From NCBI GenBank assembly GCA_963740315.1, contig CAVUDP010000001.1, positions 1,312,001 through 1,376,000 on the forward strand: a stretch of 64,000 nucleotides of DNA. The letters run 5' to 3'. Under the pieces are notes generated by a model. The model ran no database searches. It was not told where the DNA came from and saw only the letters and a list, made by a program, of their open reading frames with translations. Positions 54,009 through 64,000 of the stretch are shown piece by piece; position 1 is the first letter of the stretch, and the number at the start of each line of letters is the position of its first letter. Source of the stretch: an uncultured cyanobacterium (GTDB lineage Bacteria; Cyanobacteriota; Cyanobacteriia; Cyanobacteriales; Nostocaceae). Position numbers and translations under genes: made by a program.

Positions 54009-55577
54009 CTAGAAAGTAAAAGTAGTTCTGAAAGTACCAATCACTACATCATTGTTATTCTGATTGTGGTCTGGTGCAGTTAACCAAATCACACCAGGAG
54101 TAATGGCAATATTGTCATTAATCTGATACTGATAAAATGCCTCAATATGATAAGAAGTATCTTGGTCTTTCTCTAAACCATCAATACTAGAACTAGTAAG
54201 TCTGGGTTCCATTCCGAAGATAACTCCAGCTAAGTTACCTTTCTTACCAAAATCGGGTAATCCTAAAGTTACAGCCCAGTTCCATATCTCTGCTTCTCCA
54301 CGGTCTGGAAAAGCTGCTGATGTAGTTAAATTGCGAGCATTAGTATAACCAGCCCAACCACCTAATACTAAGTTTTTACTTATCCCTAATGATGCTTGAA
54401 TACCATAGGAATCGGCACTAAAAGGAGTATCTGCAAGGGTAGAAATATTATCCAATGGTGAAACTGTATTGAAGTTAGAAGCGCTACTACCAGAACCATT
54501 GAACTGATTGTAGGAATTGATGTAGGTTAAACCAACCTTAAAGCGATCGCTTGGTGCAAATGTTAGTTGTGCTAATGCACCGTAGGAACCGTTGAATAAA
54601 CCATTATCAGTACTAGGATCGCTTGCAGAACCAGCTAAATAAGCCAAACTCAAAGATAGATTCTTGCCGAACTCTTGGGTAACTCCTAAACCAGCACCAT
54701 CCATTGCTCCATAGATGGGGTTACGAGTACCGAAACTAGATAAAGCTCCTTCAGTACCATCACCATCAAATAAGTTCACTGTATCTACAACATCATCTGC
54801 TGCACCTGCATTTGCGATCGCGATGACGTTAGTACTCTCAGTTAAAGGAAAACCGTACCAAAGTGCATCTAATTCAACGTTGTTATCTCCGCTCTCACCA
54901 GCAAAGGCTAAACCTCCTTCTGGTGTGCCAATATCGGGACCAACTATATTATTACTTTGCAGTCTAGTGTAGAGAGTATCTTTTCCTGTGAAGCTGGTAA
55001 CGAAGTTGATTCTTGCTCTTGCACCTAATGCGGTATTATCGTCGTTTGTATCTCCTTCAAATACATCTGTAATCCCGATGACTACTTCACCTTCGAGTTT
55101 AGAAGTTGTGGAGAATTGATTTGCTTCTAGTTCAGCAGTACGTGCTTCTAGAGCATCTACTCTTCCTCTAAGGGTTGCTAATTCCGCAGAAAACTCTTCT
55201 TGCAGTCTTTGTAAAGTTGCAAGGTCTTCTTTACTAACTAGGTCTGCGGTTGCGCTTGCAATCAACTCATTTACTCTATTCAAGCAAGCATTTAAACCCG
55301 CTGCAAATTCATAACGAGTTAAAGCCCGATTTCCTCTGTAGGTGCTATTTGGATAACCCGCGATACAACCGTAACGCTCTACTAAAGACTGTAATGCTTG
55401 AAATGCCCAATCTGTAGGCTGTACATCAGAAAACTGAGAAACAGAAGTAACTTGTTCTAAGGTTTCTTCTTGGGTTTGAGTTTGTGCAACAGCGCTGTCA
55501 TTAATTAATAATGATGTTGCAAACGGAAAGCTTAAGACAGGACTAACTACTAAAAACTTCCACAAACTTTTCTTCAT
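54009..55577 (-). CDS. Cyanobacterial outer-membrane porin (SLH + OprB/SomA-type)
   Basis: QVTSVSQFSDVQPTDWAFQAL SLH, FSTTSKLEGEV, terminal RTTFTF; ATG 55577 (ORF track 55589). Confidence 0.93.
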   Translation of the reverse strand: MKKSLWKFLVVSPVLSFPFATSLLINDSAVAQTQTQEETLEQVTSVSQFSDVQPTDWAFQALQSLVERYGCIAGYPNSTYRGNRALTRYEFAAGLNACLNRVNELIASATADLVSKEDLATLQRLQEEFSAELATLRGRVDALEARTAELEANQFSTTSKLEGEVVIGITDVFEGDTNDDNTALGARARINFVTSFTGKDTLYTRLQSNNIVGPDIGTPEGGLAFAGESGDNNVELDALWYGFPLTESTNVIAIANAGAADDVVDTVNLFDGDGTEGALSSFGTRNPIYGAMDGAGLGVTQEFGKNLSLSLAYLAGSASDPSTDNGLFNGSYGALAQLTFAPSDRFKVGLTYINSYNQFNGSGSSASNFNTVSPLDNISTLADTPFSADSYGIQASLGISKNLVLGGWAGYTNARNLTTSAAFPDRGEAEIWNWAVTLGLPDFGKKGNLAGVIFGMEPRLTSSSIDGLEKDQDTSYHIEAFYQYQINDNIAITPGVIWLTAPDHNQNNNDVVIGTFRTTFTF

Positions 55578-55901
55578 GATTCTTCTCACCTCACACTTAA
55601 ATTTAGAATACAGATATGCGAATGAATGCAGATGGTGCCATGCTTACACCACCTATTTTTCCCCTGATATTGATTAACTATTAATTACGAATAAAACCGC
55701 AGTACATCCCAAACTGAAAAAAGAATCAGCCAGATTTCTAGATTTATCTACAAGTAACTTAATTAATAATCAAACTTTTGAGCTTGATGCATTCTTAAGA
55801 AACCCAGCTTTTCCAAAGATATTCTGATTTATTTACTCCCATTCCACAACCTGCAAGCGAGTAAAACTAATTATTTATTACTCTAATCCCACTATTAGCT
55901 A

Positions 55902-56945
55902 TTATTTCTGGAAAGCCGTATATTTACCTCCCAAACCATCCACAATAGCTTTAGTATTAGCAACTAACATTTTCTGATAACTATCAGCATCAGTACCTTG
56001 TTCGCCCAAATTATCAGCATATAGTCTTTCTGGAGAAACTTTTACGTTCGCTTCTTGAGCAACTCTTTCAATTAATTTTGGGCTATGGGTACTTTCAGCA
56101 AATATTGTTGGTACATTCTCTTGCTTAATTTCTTTTGAAAGTTCACCTATTCTTGCTGCTGTTGGTTGTACTTCAGTACTCAAACCTTCAATTGCACCTT
56201 CGTAGTCAATATTATATGCCTGAGTATAGTAGCTTAAAGCGTCGTGAGTGGTGACTAATTTACGTTGATTTTCAGGAATAGTAGCTACATTCTTTTTAAT
56301 CCAGCTATCTATTTCTTTAATTTCCCCAGTGATTTTCTCGGCATTAGTTGCATACAATTGAGCGTTATCTGGAGCAACTTTTTCTAAATTACTACGAATA
56401 GCTTCGACCATTTGAATGCCATTTTGAGGATTATGCCATACATGGGGATCTGGTGCTTTTTCTTCTGAATGTTTTTCTTCTCCAGAGTGTTCTCCCTCAT
56501 GCTCGTGATCGTGTTCTTCCCCAATAATCGGCTTAGGAACGGCAACTTCATGAATTGCTACTTTTGGAGCCTCATTACTGCTTGCTTGAACTAACTTAAT
56601 AATACTGGGTTCAAAATTATAACCACCGTATAAAACTAAATTAGCTTGCTCGATCGCTTTGCGGTCATCCGGTTTGGGCTGATATGTGTGGGGATCTTGA
56701 CCTGCATCTACTAAACACTTCAAGTCAACAGTTTGAGCCGCTACTTGTTTTGTTAAGTCACATATGACGCTAGTAGTCGCAACAACCAAAGGACGCTCCC
56801 CAGTTGCAGTACTGCTAGTATTTACGGCAGAATTTTCTTCTGTACCAGAATTGGAATTAACTTGCTCGTTACCGCTACAGCTAATTAAACCAAGAGCTAA
56901 TGTTAATGACGCGATCGCACTTAGAGGTAATTTTCTAAACATCAC
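55902..56945 (-). CDS. znuA: Zn ABC transporter substrate-binding lipoprotein
   Basis: Lipobox LISC, DPHTY, His-rich loop HDHEHEGEH, DPHVW, THDA. Confidence 0.88.
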   Translation of the reverse strand: MMFRKLPLSAIASLTLALGLISCSGNEQVNSNSGTEENSAVNTSSTATGERPLVVATTSVICDLTKQVAAQTVDLKCLVDAGQDPHTYQPKPDDRKAIEQANLVLYGGYNFEPSIIKLVQASSNEAPKVAIHEVAVPKPIIGEEHDHEHEGEHSGEEKHSEEKAPDPHVWHNPQNGIQMVEAIRSNLEKVAPDNAQLYATNAEKITGEIKEIDSWIKKNVATIPENQRKLVTTHDALSYYTQAYNIDYEGAIEGLSTEVQPTAARIGELSKEIKQENVPTIFAESTHSPKLIERVAQEANVKVSPERLYADNLGEQGTDADSYQKMLVANTKAIVDGLGGKYTAFQK

Positions 56946-56968
56946 TTATTAGAAATATTGCAGTAAAA

Positions 56969-56983
56969 TGATAATCGTTATCA
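56969..56983. promoter_or_regulatory. Zur box
   Basis: TGATAATCGTTATCA upstream of znuA. Confidence 0.88.
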
Positions 56984-57026
56984 TACAATAGCTACTGTGG
57001 GAAGGGAAGCAGATTTTTAACATAAA

Positions 57027-57041
57027 TAATAATCATTATCA
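57027..57041. promoter_or_regulatory. Zur box
   Basis: TAATAATCATTATCA upstream of znuC. Confidence 0.85.
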
Positions 57042-57055
57042 TACAGGAGAAATTA

Positions 57056-57790
57056 GTGCTAGAAGTAGAGCATTTGGATGTAGATTACCGGGGTGTAGTG
57101 GCTGTTGAGGATGTCAGCTTTCGCGTTTTTCCCGGACAAATGGTTGGTGTAATCGGTCCAAATGGCGCTGGTAAAAGCACTTTGGTCAAAGCGATACTAG
57201 GTTTAATTCCGGTTTCAGATGGCACTATTAAATTTTGTAACTGTCCCATCCACAAGCATTTACGCTCCATTGCTTACGTACCTCAAAGAACCCAAGTAGA
57301 TTGGGATTATCCGATTACGGTACAGAATGTGGTGATGATGGCTCGTACTGTCACAACGGGTTGGTTTCGCAAACCAAGTCGTAAATCTAAAGAAATAGTT
57401 AAATCTGCATTGCACAGAGTGGGGATGTGGGAATTTCGTTCCCGTCAAATTGGTGAGTTATCTGGAGGACAGCAGCAGCGAGTATTTTTAGCTAGAGCGC
57501 TAGCACAGCAAGCTGATTTATTGTTTTTTGACGAACCATTTGTGGGGATTGATAAAAGTACTGAAGATATTATGTTTGATATTTTTAATGAATTAAGAAG
57601 GGATAGCAAAATTTTAATTTTAATTACTCACGATCTAGGTGAAACTTTAGCTCAATGTGATTCTTTATTATTGTTAAATAAACATATTATCGCTGATGGT
57701 TCGATGAAAGAAGTGGTTACAACCGAAAATTTACAGCGTGCTTATGGCAATAAGATTTTATTTTTAAATCGGGAATCAAAGTCGGCTTAA
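57056..57790 (+). CDS. znuC: Zn/Mn ABC transporter ATP-binding protein
   Basis: GPNGAGKST, AYVPQ, LSGGQQQR, DEPF, THD. Confidence 0.88.
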   Translation: MLEVEHLDVDYRGVVAVEDVSFRVFPGQMVGVIGPNGAGKSTLVKAILGLIPVSDGTIKFCNCPIHKHLRSIAYVPQRTQVDWDYPITVQNVVMMARTVTTGWFRKPSRKSKEIVKSALHRVGMWEFRSRQIGELSGGQQQRVFLARALAQQADLLFFDEPFVGIDKSTEDIMFDIFNELRRDSKILILITHDLGETLAQCDSLLLLNKHIIADGSMKEVVTTENLQRAYGNKILFLNRESKSA

Positions 57791-57873
57791 TCAGTTAGCA
57801 GTTATCAATTATCAATTACCAATTATCAGTTATTAAATAACCACTAACCACTAACAACTAACAACTATCAATA

Positions 57874-58764
57874 ATGATTAATTTGCTTTTAGAACCCCTT
57901 AGTTTTGGATTCATGCGAGATGCACTAATTATTGCTGCAAGCTTAGGAATTCTTTGTTCTGTGGTTGGTTCTTATCTTATAGTACAGCGTCAGGGAATAT
58001 TAGGTGATGTGATTGCTCATGCTGTTTTACCCGGAATTGCGATCGCGCTTTTTTTAGGTGTTGATATTTTCCTGGGTGCTTTTGTTTGCGGGACTTTCAG
58101 CACTTTTGTGATTGCTTGGATAGAATCGCAGTCTCGGGTTAAAGTTGATGCTGCAATGGCTTTGGTGTTTTCGGGTTTTTTAGCGTTGGGTATCATGTTA
58201 ATTAGCGTGCTGAAAAGTAAAGTTGATTTGCATCACTTTTTATTTGGCGATATTTTAGGGGTGACAACAGAAGATGTTTTTAGAACTTTAATTATTACAT
58301 TTATTACCTTATTTTTAGTTAAACTTTGTTATAAAGAATTGCTACTTTACACCTTTGACCCATTAGGCGCACAAGCCAGCGGATTGCCGACAAATATTAT
58401 TAAGTTTGGATTGACGGCGGCGATTACGTTAACAATTATTGCCAGCATGCAAGCTGTGGGAGTAGTGTTAGTAATTTCTTTATTAATAGGTCCTGGAGTA
58501 ACGGCTTATTTATTAGTAAAAGAGCTTCATCAAATGATGCTTTTGGGTTCTGTAATCGGTATTATTGGTAGCGTTGGCGGTTTATATATTAGTTATTATC
58601 AAAACGTGCCTTCTGGTGCATCAATTGTATTATTTATTTGCGGATTATTTTTATTAGCATTATTATTCAGTCCAACTCAGGGTATATTAACTCGTCCGAG
58701 AGCAAGAAAGTCAAATCGTTCTGGGAGGGTTTTGCACGAAGTTACGGAAGTGAAGCGTAGGTGA
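57874..58764 (+). CDS. znuB: Zn/Mn ABC transporter permease
   Basis: GDVIAHAVLPG, LFGDILGV, TFDP, PSGASIV. Confidence 0.88.
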   Translation: MINLLLEPLSFGFMRDALIIAASLGILCSVVGSYLIVQRQGILGDVIAHAVLPGIAIALFLGVDIFLGAFVCGTFSTFVIAWIESQSRVKVDAAMALVFSGFLALGIMLISVLKSKVDLHHFLFGDILGVTTEDVFRTLIITFITLFLVKLCYKELLLYTFDPLGAQASGLPTNIIKFGLTAAITLTIIASMQAVGVVLVISLLIGPGVTAYLLVKELHQMMLLGSVIGIIGSVGGLYISYYQNVPSGASIVLFICGLFLLALLFSPTQGILTRPRARKSNRSGRVLHEVTEVKRR

Positions 58765-58833
58765 AGTAATATTGAATTGTATTGCACTTATGAGAGGACC
58801 GCTAGATTAGCGACACTCTCACAGACTTACTTT

Positions 58834-59541
58834 CTACGATTTTGAAAAGTTAGTTTTTCTTTGATAAACTAGCAGAGCTAAACCTACAATACCAAGTCCT
58901 AACACAGATGTAGGTTCGGGTATCTTTGTTGCAACTAAACGCTGTCCGACTTCATCCCCAGCTGTTGGGTCATCAAGTAATTCCTCTGTGGTTACACTAA
59001 AAAATGCTACATCTAAATGACGTCGAAATCCCTGTGGTAAATCGGGGTACTCTCCCAACCAGTCAGTCAGGTGAACGTGAGGGTTAGGACTCGGTGGAAG
59101 TTCACTATCATCATTAAAAAGCGCTCCAGGTACTGACCAAAAGTTCAATCCCTGTTCTCTCGGTTCTCCAATACTAATTCCATCCGGTGCATCCCATAAT
59201 CCTGACTGCAAAATCTTCCCAGTAGCAGTATCGAAGTTGAAATTGAATCCCTCACTCAGATGGTCATCCTCAAACTTTGCAATCAGATTTCCATTGGGAT
59301 CTGAAAAAGTAATATCAAATGATTCTAAATCGTTTTTACGAACAATACCATCTGTAGGTACTTTGGTTTCATCGTAGCTAAATTTACCTTTACCTTCGTA
59401 GCCCAATGTCTGACCAGTCCAGTCCATATTAAAGGCGATCGCCTCTGCTTTCCTTACATTTACGAAACCCAAACTCAAGAGTACACCTGCGGTAGCGGTG
59501 ATTTTAGCAAACTTGCGGTAGATATTCATTATTCGCGTCAA
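58834..59541 (-). CDS. PEP-CTERM surface protein
   Basis: Signal peptide ending AEA; C-terminal IPEPTSVLGLGIVGLALLVYQRK. Confidence 0.85.
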   Translation of the reverse strand: MTRIMNIYRKFAKITATAGVLLSLGFVNVRKAEAIAFNMDWTGQTLGYEGKGKFSYDETKVPTDGIVRKNDLESFDITFSDPNGNLIAKFEDDHLSEGFNFNFDTATGKILQSGLWDAPDGISIGEPREQGLNFWSVPGALFNDDSELPPSPNPHVHLTDWLGEYPDLPQGFRRHLDVAFFSVTTEELLDDPTAGDEVGQRLVATKIPEPTSVLGLGIVGLALLVYQRKTNFSKS

Positions 59542-59613
59542 TCAAATCCTTGTAGAACTGTTATTACTGACTTTAGGTTGCATCCCCTAATATCTTTATT
59601 ACTTTAACAATAA

Positions 59614-59689
59614 TCATAATCATTCTCAAGGTTGTGTTAGGAGTTCAAGAAATATCTTAGATTATTTGCTAGTATGATAACGATTATCA
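59614..59689. promoter_or_regulatory. Two Zur boxes in divergent PEP-CTERM / oxidoreductase promoter
   Basis: TCATAATCATTCTCA (59614) and TGATAACGATTATCA (59675). Confidence 0.8.
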
Positions 59690-59717
59690 TTATGATTGTT
59701 ATATATAGTGAAAAGTT

Positions 59718-60959
59718 ATGGAAATTAATCCACCACACTTATTAAGGAAAATCGACTTAGCAATTATCGGTGCTGGGCCTCACGCTCTGACTTTAGTTAC
59801 TCATTTGCTACAGAAACGTCAAAAAATCCGTTCCAAAATTGCTGTATTCGATCCGAGTGGAAAATGGATGAGTCGGTGGGAGCATCAGTTTTCAGCATTG
59901 GAAATACCGCATTTACGTTCTCCTGCGGTTCATCATCCAGACCCCAACCCTTTTGGATTACGTAAGTTTGCAGAGAATCGCTCTTCTGAATTTTTTCCTC
60001 CCTACGATCTACCAGGAACTCGTTTATTTAATGATTTTTATGGGGATGTAATTCGTCGTTGGGATTTAGAGAATATAGTTAATGGTGAAAAGATTACTCG
60101 AATTCAACCATTGAATAATCCTTTTGGATCGAGGTTTCGTTTGTGGTTGGGTTCTGGAAAATCAATATTAGCTCGTCGGGTAGTATTAGCAACTGGTAGC
60201 AGTCAACTACAAACACCTGATTGGATAAGTCAAATTAACCAAAATTATCCTCTTGATAAACTTTGTCATTCTAAATCAGTAGATTTACGTAAATTATATT
60301 TAGCTGGTGAAAAAGTATTAATTATTGGTGGAGGATTAACAAGCGGTCATTTAGCGGTAGGTGCAATGTCTCGCGGAGCCGAAGTACAGATATCGATGCG
60401 ACGAAAGTTACAGGAAAAGATATTTGATGCGGATGCTGGTTGGTTGGGGCCAAAATATCTCAAAGGATTTTTTGCAGAACCAGATTTTGAAAAGCGTTTT
60501 GAAATGATTCAACAAGCGCGAAATGGTGGTTCTATGACTCCTGCAATGGTAACTCAGCTAAGACGACAAGCGCATAATGGTAAGTTGAGAATTCAGGAAA
60601 ACACGCAAGTTGTTGAAGCTAAATGGATAGATAATCAATGGTTGGTGAAATTTACTGATGGAGAGCAAAAACAATTTCATCGCATTTGGTTATCTACCGG
60701 AAATCGTTTTGATGTGAATTCCGAACCTTTATTAAAGTCCGTTTTACAAGCTTATCCAATGCCTGTAATCAATGGTTTACCCGTTTTAGATGACAACTTA
60801 CGGTGGCGCGGTTGTTCGTTATTTATTATGGGTGGGTTAGCGGCTTTACAAATCGGACCGACAGCGAGAAATTTATCAGGTGCAAGAATGGCAAGTGATA
60901 AAATGCTCAAAGCGATTATTAAATCTAATGTAGTTCAACATCAAGCTAAAATTGCTTGA
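59718..60959 (+). CDS. FAD/NAD(P)-dependent oxidoreductase (N-hydroxylating monooxygenase-like)
   Basis: IIGAGPHA, HLRSP, VLATG, IIGGGLTS. Confidence 0.85.
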   Translation: MEINPPHLLRKIDLAIIGAGPHALTLVTHLLQKRQKIRSKIAVFDPSGKWMSRWEHQFSALEIPHLRSPAVHHPDPNPFGLRKFAENRSSEFFPPYDLPGTRLFNDFYGDVIRRWDLENIVNGEKITRIQPLNNPFGSRFRLWLGSGKSILARRVVLATGSSQLQTPDWISQINQNYPLDKLCHSKSVDLRKLYLAGEKVLIIGGGLTSGHLAVGAMSRGAEVQISMRRKLQEKIFDADAGWLGPKYLKGFFAEPDFEKRFEMIQQARNGGSMTPAMVTQLRRQAHNGKLRIQENTQVVEAKWIDNQWLVKFTDGEQKQFHRIWLSTGNRFDVNSEPLLKSVLQAYPMPVINGLPVLDDNLRWRGCSLFIMGGLAALQIGPTARNLSGARMASDKMLKAIIKSNVVQHQAKIA

Positions 60960-61128
60960 GTCTTCTAAAACCGTCAAGAAAAAGATATTGAGTCTACTCT
61001 ATAGAGCATCAGCGATAGATTTGGCTGAGGAATGTAAAAAACTATGATGATTCCAAAATGAACAGATTGCGGTAGCATAATCAAAGCTGCTGCCGAGTCA
61101 ATTTATATACATTTATTTTGAAATCGCT

Positions 61129-63303
61129 ATGGTAAATACCTCAGCAACTTTCCCAGATGTTAAAAACCATTGGGCGCGTCCATTTATTGAAGCTTTGGCA
61201 AAACGAAGGATTTTAAATGGTTATCCTGATGGTAGTTTTCGTCCGGATCACTCAGTAACAAGGGCTGAGTTCGCTGCTATTATTACTTCAACTTTTGATA
61301 CAATTCCTTATAGACGAGAATACATACCTTTTGTTGATGTTCCTGCAAGTCATTGGGCATTCTCTGCAATTAAAAAGTCTTACGAAACAGTTTTTATTAG
61401 CGGATTTCCCAATCGTTTGTTTCGCCCTTCCAATCGCATCACGAGGGCAAATGCTTTAGTTTCAATTGTTAGTGGTTTAGGTTTTACAAGTAGTGTCGAT
61501 CGCGATTTATTAGGTGTTTTACCGCAAATTTATCGGGATTACGATCGCATACCAGATTACGCCAAAATTGCGATCGCTATCTCTACTAAGGCGGGTTTGG
61601 TTGCAAGTTATCCAGATATTAAATTACTTAATCCCACTTTAGCTGCAACTCGTGCTGATATTTCTGTATTTGTTTATCAAACTTTAGTTTATTTACAAGA
61701 AGCTGAAAAAATTGATTCAAAGTATTTAGTTCAACCATCCTTTACTAGAGTTAAAGAATACGACATCATCTGTTTTGGTGATGAAGTTCCCGGCGTTTTG
61801 AGTTTAGTGTGTGCTTCGCGGGAATATTATCGTCGCACGGGTAAATATCCCCGTAGTCTATTATTATTTAAGGGAAATTCTCAGTTAGGAATTGGCGGTC
61901 ATTTAGTTCGGGGTGGTTTATCCTATCTTGACCGTTCGGCTGTTCCAATTTCAATCCGTCGGCAGTACGATCTAGATACTTTCGGAGATTCACCTGCTAT
62001 TTATCAAGAATTTTTGCAACGTTCTGGAGTTTACCAAATAGCTTTAAACCCTCAAGACGCTAATATAACTCTACGTCAAATGTTGCAGGAAGTAAAAGCC
62101 GATATTCTTAGCAATGCAGAAATAGAGTCAGTAATTAAAGATGAAAAAAAAATAGCTGCTATTCAATTAACCAGAGGTGAAATCTACAGGGCAAAGCAGT
62201 TTATTGATTGTACTGTAAATGCAGAGTTAGCTCAATTTGCTGGAGTTAGAAAATTAAAAGGCTTTGAAACATTTGGTTTACCCGATTCAGAATTATCAGT
62301 AACTTTAACGTTTCAAACTAAAGGATTAAACGTAGAAAAGCTCAAGGATATTGAAAGTCAGTACCTCCAACGTTTGACTAACCTTGCAGACACTCAAGCC
62401 CAAACTTGGATAAATATTGCTACTGGTAATAATTTAGAATTTGCAGATTATCTCAGAAAAAGTTTAATTGATGAAAATGGAAGTTTGAAAACGATGTACG
62501 CAGGCAAAGACTACATTGATGTTCGTTCCAAAGCTTTATCGATCGCTTATCATTATTTTCGAGGCACTCCCTTATCTTTGCAAGTCAGCGGAAGTATTCT
62601 TGATAATGGCAATATTGCGATTTTAAATAATAATACACTGTCATGGAATGCTTTACTATTTGATGTGAATGCAACACAAGCGGAAACTTTAGCGAGGAAA
62701 AAAGCGTTACCGACATCCGCAATGCATCAAGAAATGGAAATTGTCGCTAAATGGTTCAAAAGTATTGGTGCTACCGAAGTCATACCAGCTTCCGAATTAT
62801 ATATCCGTCATGCTGGCAATATTACCGGAGCGGTAGAACCGTTTAAAGGAGCAACAATGCTTGCTGGAGGAGTTCCAGAAAATGAAGCTTTGGGTACTTT
62901 TGGCTACCATTTTGATATTCGTGGGGGTATCAAAGGTTTAGGTAATAGAGCGCTACAAAAAGGATTGGAGATATTTAGTTTGCATTTACCACCATTATTT
63001 AATTTTGGTATTCAACACGCATTAATTAAAGATACTCCCAATCTTGCTGTTATCAGCCCCGCTTCTGGGTTTGAAGGTTATGCTAGCTCTGCGGGTAGAA
63101 TTGTAGAATTTAATTGCGGTGTCGGGCAGGGGGTGGGAATTGGAATTGCGATCGCATTATCTGAAAATCGTAATTTGGCAGAAATTTCTAATTTAGAGGT
63201 GCGAGAAGTTTTGGTAGATACGCAGCGTTTACCGAAGATATATGGAGTTAGTTATATTGAGCAAGCGCGGGAGTTAGATGTATTTGAGAATTTGATTGCT
63301 TGA
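61129..63303 (+). CDS. SLH-domain protein fused to FAD-dependent oxidoreductase-like domain
   Basis: Three SLH repeats (FPDV..HWA..GYPDGSFRP..TRAE); YDIICFGDEVPG, FIDCTVNAELA. Confidence 0.8.
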   Translation: MVNTSATFPDVKNHWARPFIEALAKRRILNGYPDGSFRPDHSVTRAEFAAIITSTFDTIPYRREYIPFVDVPASHWAFSAIKKSYETVFISGFPNRLFRPSNRITRANALVSIVSGLGFTSSVDRDLLGVLPQIYRDYDRIPDYAKIAIAISTKAGLVASYPDIKLLNPTLAATRADISVFVYQTLVYLQEAEKIDSKYLVQPSFTRVKEYDIICFGDEVPGVLSLVCASREYYRRTGKYPRSLLLFKGNSQLGIGGHLVRGGLSYLDRSAVPISIRRQYDLDTFGDSPAIYQEFLQRSGVYQIALNPQDANITLRQMLQEVKADILSNAEIESVIKDEKKIAAIQLTRGEIYRAKQFIDCTVNAELAQFAGVRKLKGFETFGLPDSELSVTLTFQTKGLNVEKLKDIESQYLQRLTNLADTQAQTWINIATGNNLEFADYLRKSLIDENGSLKTMYAGKDYIDVRSKALSIAYHYFRGTPLSLQVSGSILDNGNIAILNNNTLSWNALLFDVNATQAETLARKKALPTSAMHQEMEIVAKWFKSIGATEVIPASELYIRHAGNITGAVEPFKGATMLAGGVPENEALGTFGYHFDIRGGIKGLGNRALQKGLEIFSLHLPPLFNFGIQHALIKDTPNLAVISPASGFEGYASSAGRIVEFNCGVGQGVGIGIAIALSENRNLAEISNLEVREVLVDTQRLPKIYGVSYIEQARELDVFENLIA

Positions 63304-63655
63304 TCGATCTTTTGTGCTGGTTATTAGGCAAATTCTAAGGTTCATTAATTCTAATCAAACTTTTTGACTAGTTCCGCATCCGCTTAGGAATTAATTCCCA
63401 AGCTCATAGCCAAAGTCGTCTAAAGGCGACTGAATCAGATATTTAATGATACATATTAACTGAAGTTTAGACTAAAGTATACAACCGCCAAAGATTTCTG
63501 ATGCTATAGAAAGGGCGTTGCTGAATCACAACATGATTCACCTGCCTAATTTATATCTAACGTATCTATGAAGGTTAAGTAGCACTACCAAATGTAATTA
63601 GTAATATTTCAAAGTTTAAGAACGATAAATTGCTGAAATCAATTAGGATTTTTAC

Positions 63656-64000
63656 ATGATTCTCAATCTAGCTGCCGAAAAGCAAGTACTTATGGAGCGC
63701 ATTAGAGAATTGGCAAGCCAGAAGTTTGCCTCTCGCGCTGCTGGGTATGACCGCACTGCGAGCTTTCCTGGGGAAGATTTTGCAGACCTCTTCAAAGCAG
63801 GACTAATTGCCCCTTGTGTACCCGCTGAGTACGGCGGTTTAGGGCTGGGACATGACAGCGATATTTTTACCCTTTGGATGATGACCAAAGAACTGGCGAA
63901 GGTAAATTTATCGCTGGCTCGTTGCTGGGAAGGACACACAAATTGTCAGGTTTTACTAGCAGGGATGGCCTCGGAGTCCCAGAAAAAGCGCTGGTTTGAG
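63656..64000 (+). CDS. Acyl-CoA dehydrogenase family protein (runs off window; absent from ORF track)
   Basis: Own translation MILNLAAEKQ...FASRAAGYDRTASFPGEDF...GL...VPAEYGGLG...EGHTN...QKKRWFE, open to window end. Confidence 0.85.
   Translation, partial: MILNLAAEKQVLMERIRELASQKFASRAAGYDRTASFPGEDFADLFKAGLIAPCVPAEYGGLGLGHDSDIFTLWMMTKELAKVNLSLARCWEGHTNCQVLLAGMASESQKKRWFE

Noticed and set aside
63652..63939. Minus-strand 95-aa ORF
   Set aside because: Antisense shadow of the plus-strand acyl-CoA dehydrogenase starting at 63656

Overview
Chromosomal window from a filamentous cyanobacterium, probably Nostocales, judged from frequent HIP1 GCGATCGC sites, heptamer STRR arrays, petJ, nblA and a group-2 sigma factor. 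The left half (1-39.6 kb) is mostly core genes: mnmG, alpha-amylase, FHA-type protein, petJ, sigE-like sigma, frameshifted priA, anmK, a Ser/Thr kinase-nblA-PP2C-ABC1 block, a LysR regulator and recR. It also holds two notable accessory loci: a complete alternative clock cluster (PAS kinase - kaiA3 - kaiB3 - kaiC3 - hybrid kinase) and a divergent kdpABC with substitutions at key transport residues. The right half (39.7-61 kb) is a ~21-kb zinc-starvation island with about ten Zur (FurB)-type boxes. It carries znuABC, a porin, two COG0523 GTPases, a WD40 protein, Zn-independent hemB, folE, an active/inactive metallophosphoesterase pair, an RTX-type protein, a PEP-CTERM protein and a flavoprotein. 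Inside it are decayed remnants of an older hemB-thrS2-cobW-folE operon, interrupted by an ArsR/CDF efflux module and a putative membrane-anchored nuclease cassette. recR appears to start at an ACG codon. No rRNA, tRNA, transposase or CRISPR array was recognised. All family assignments are from motif recognition and recall, not database searches.
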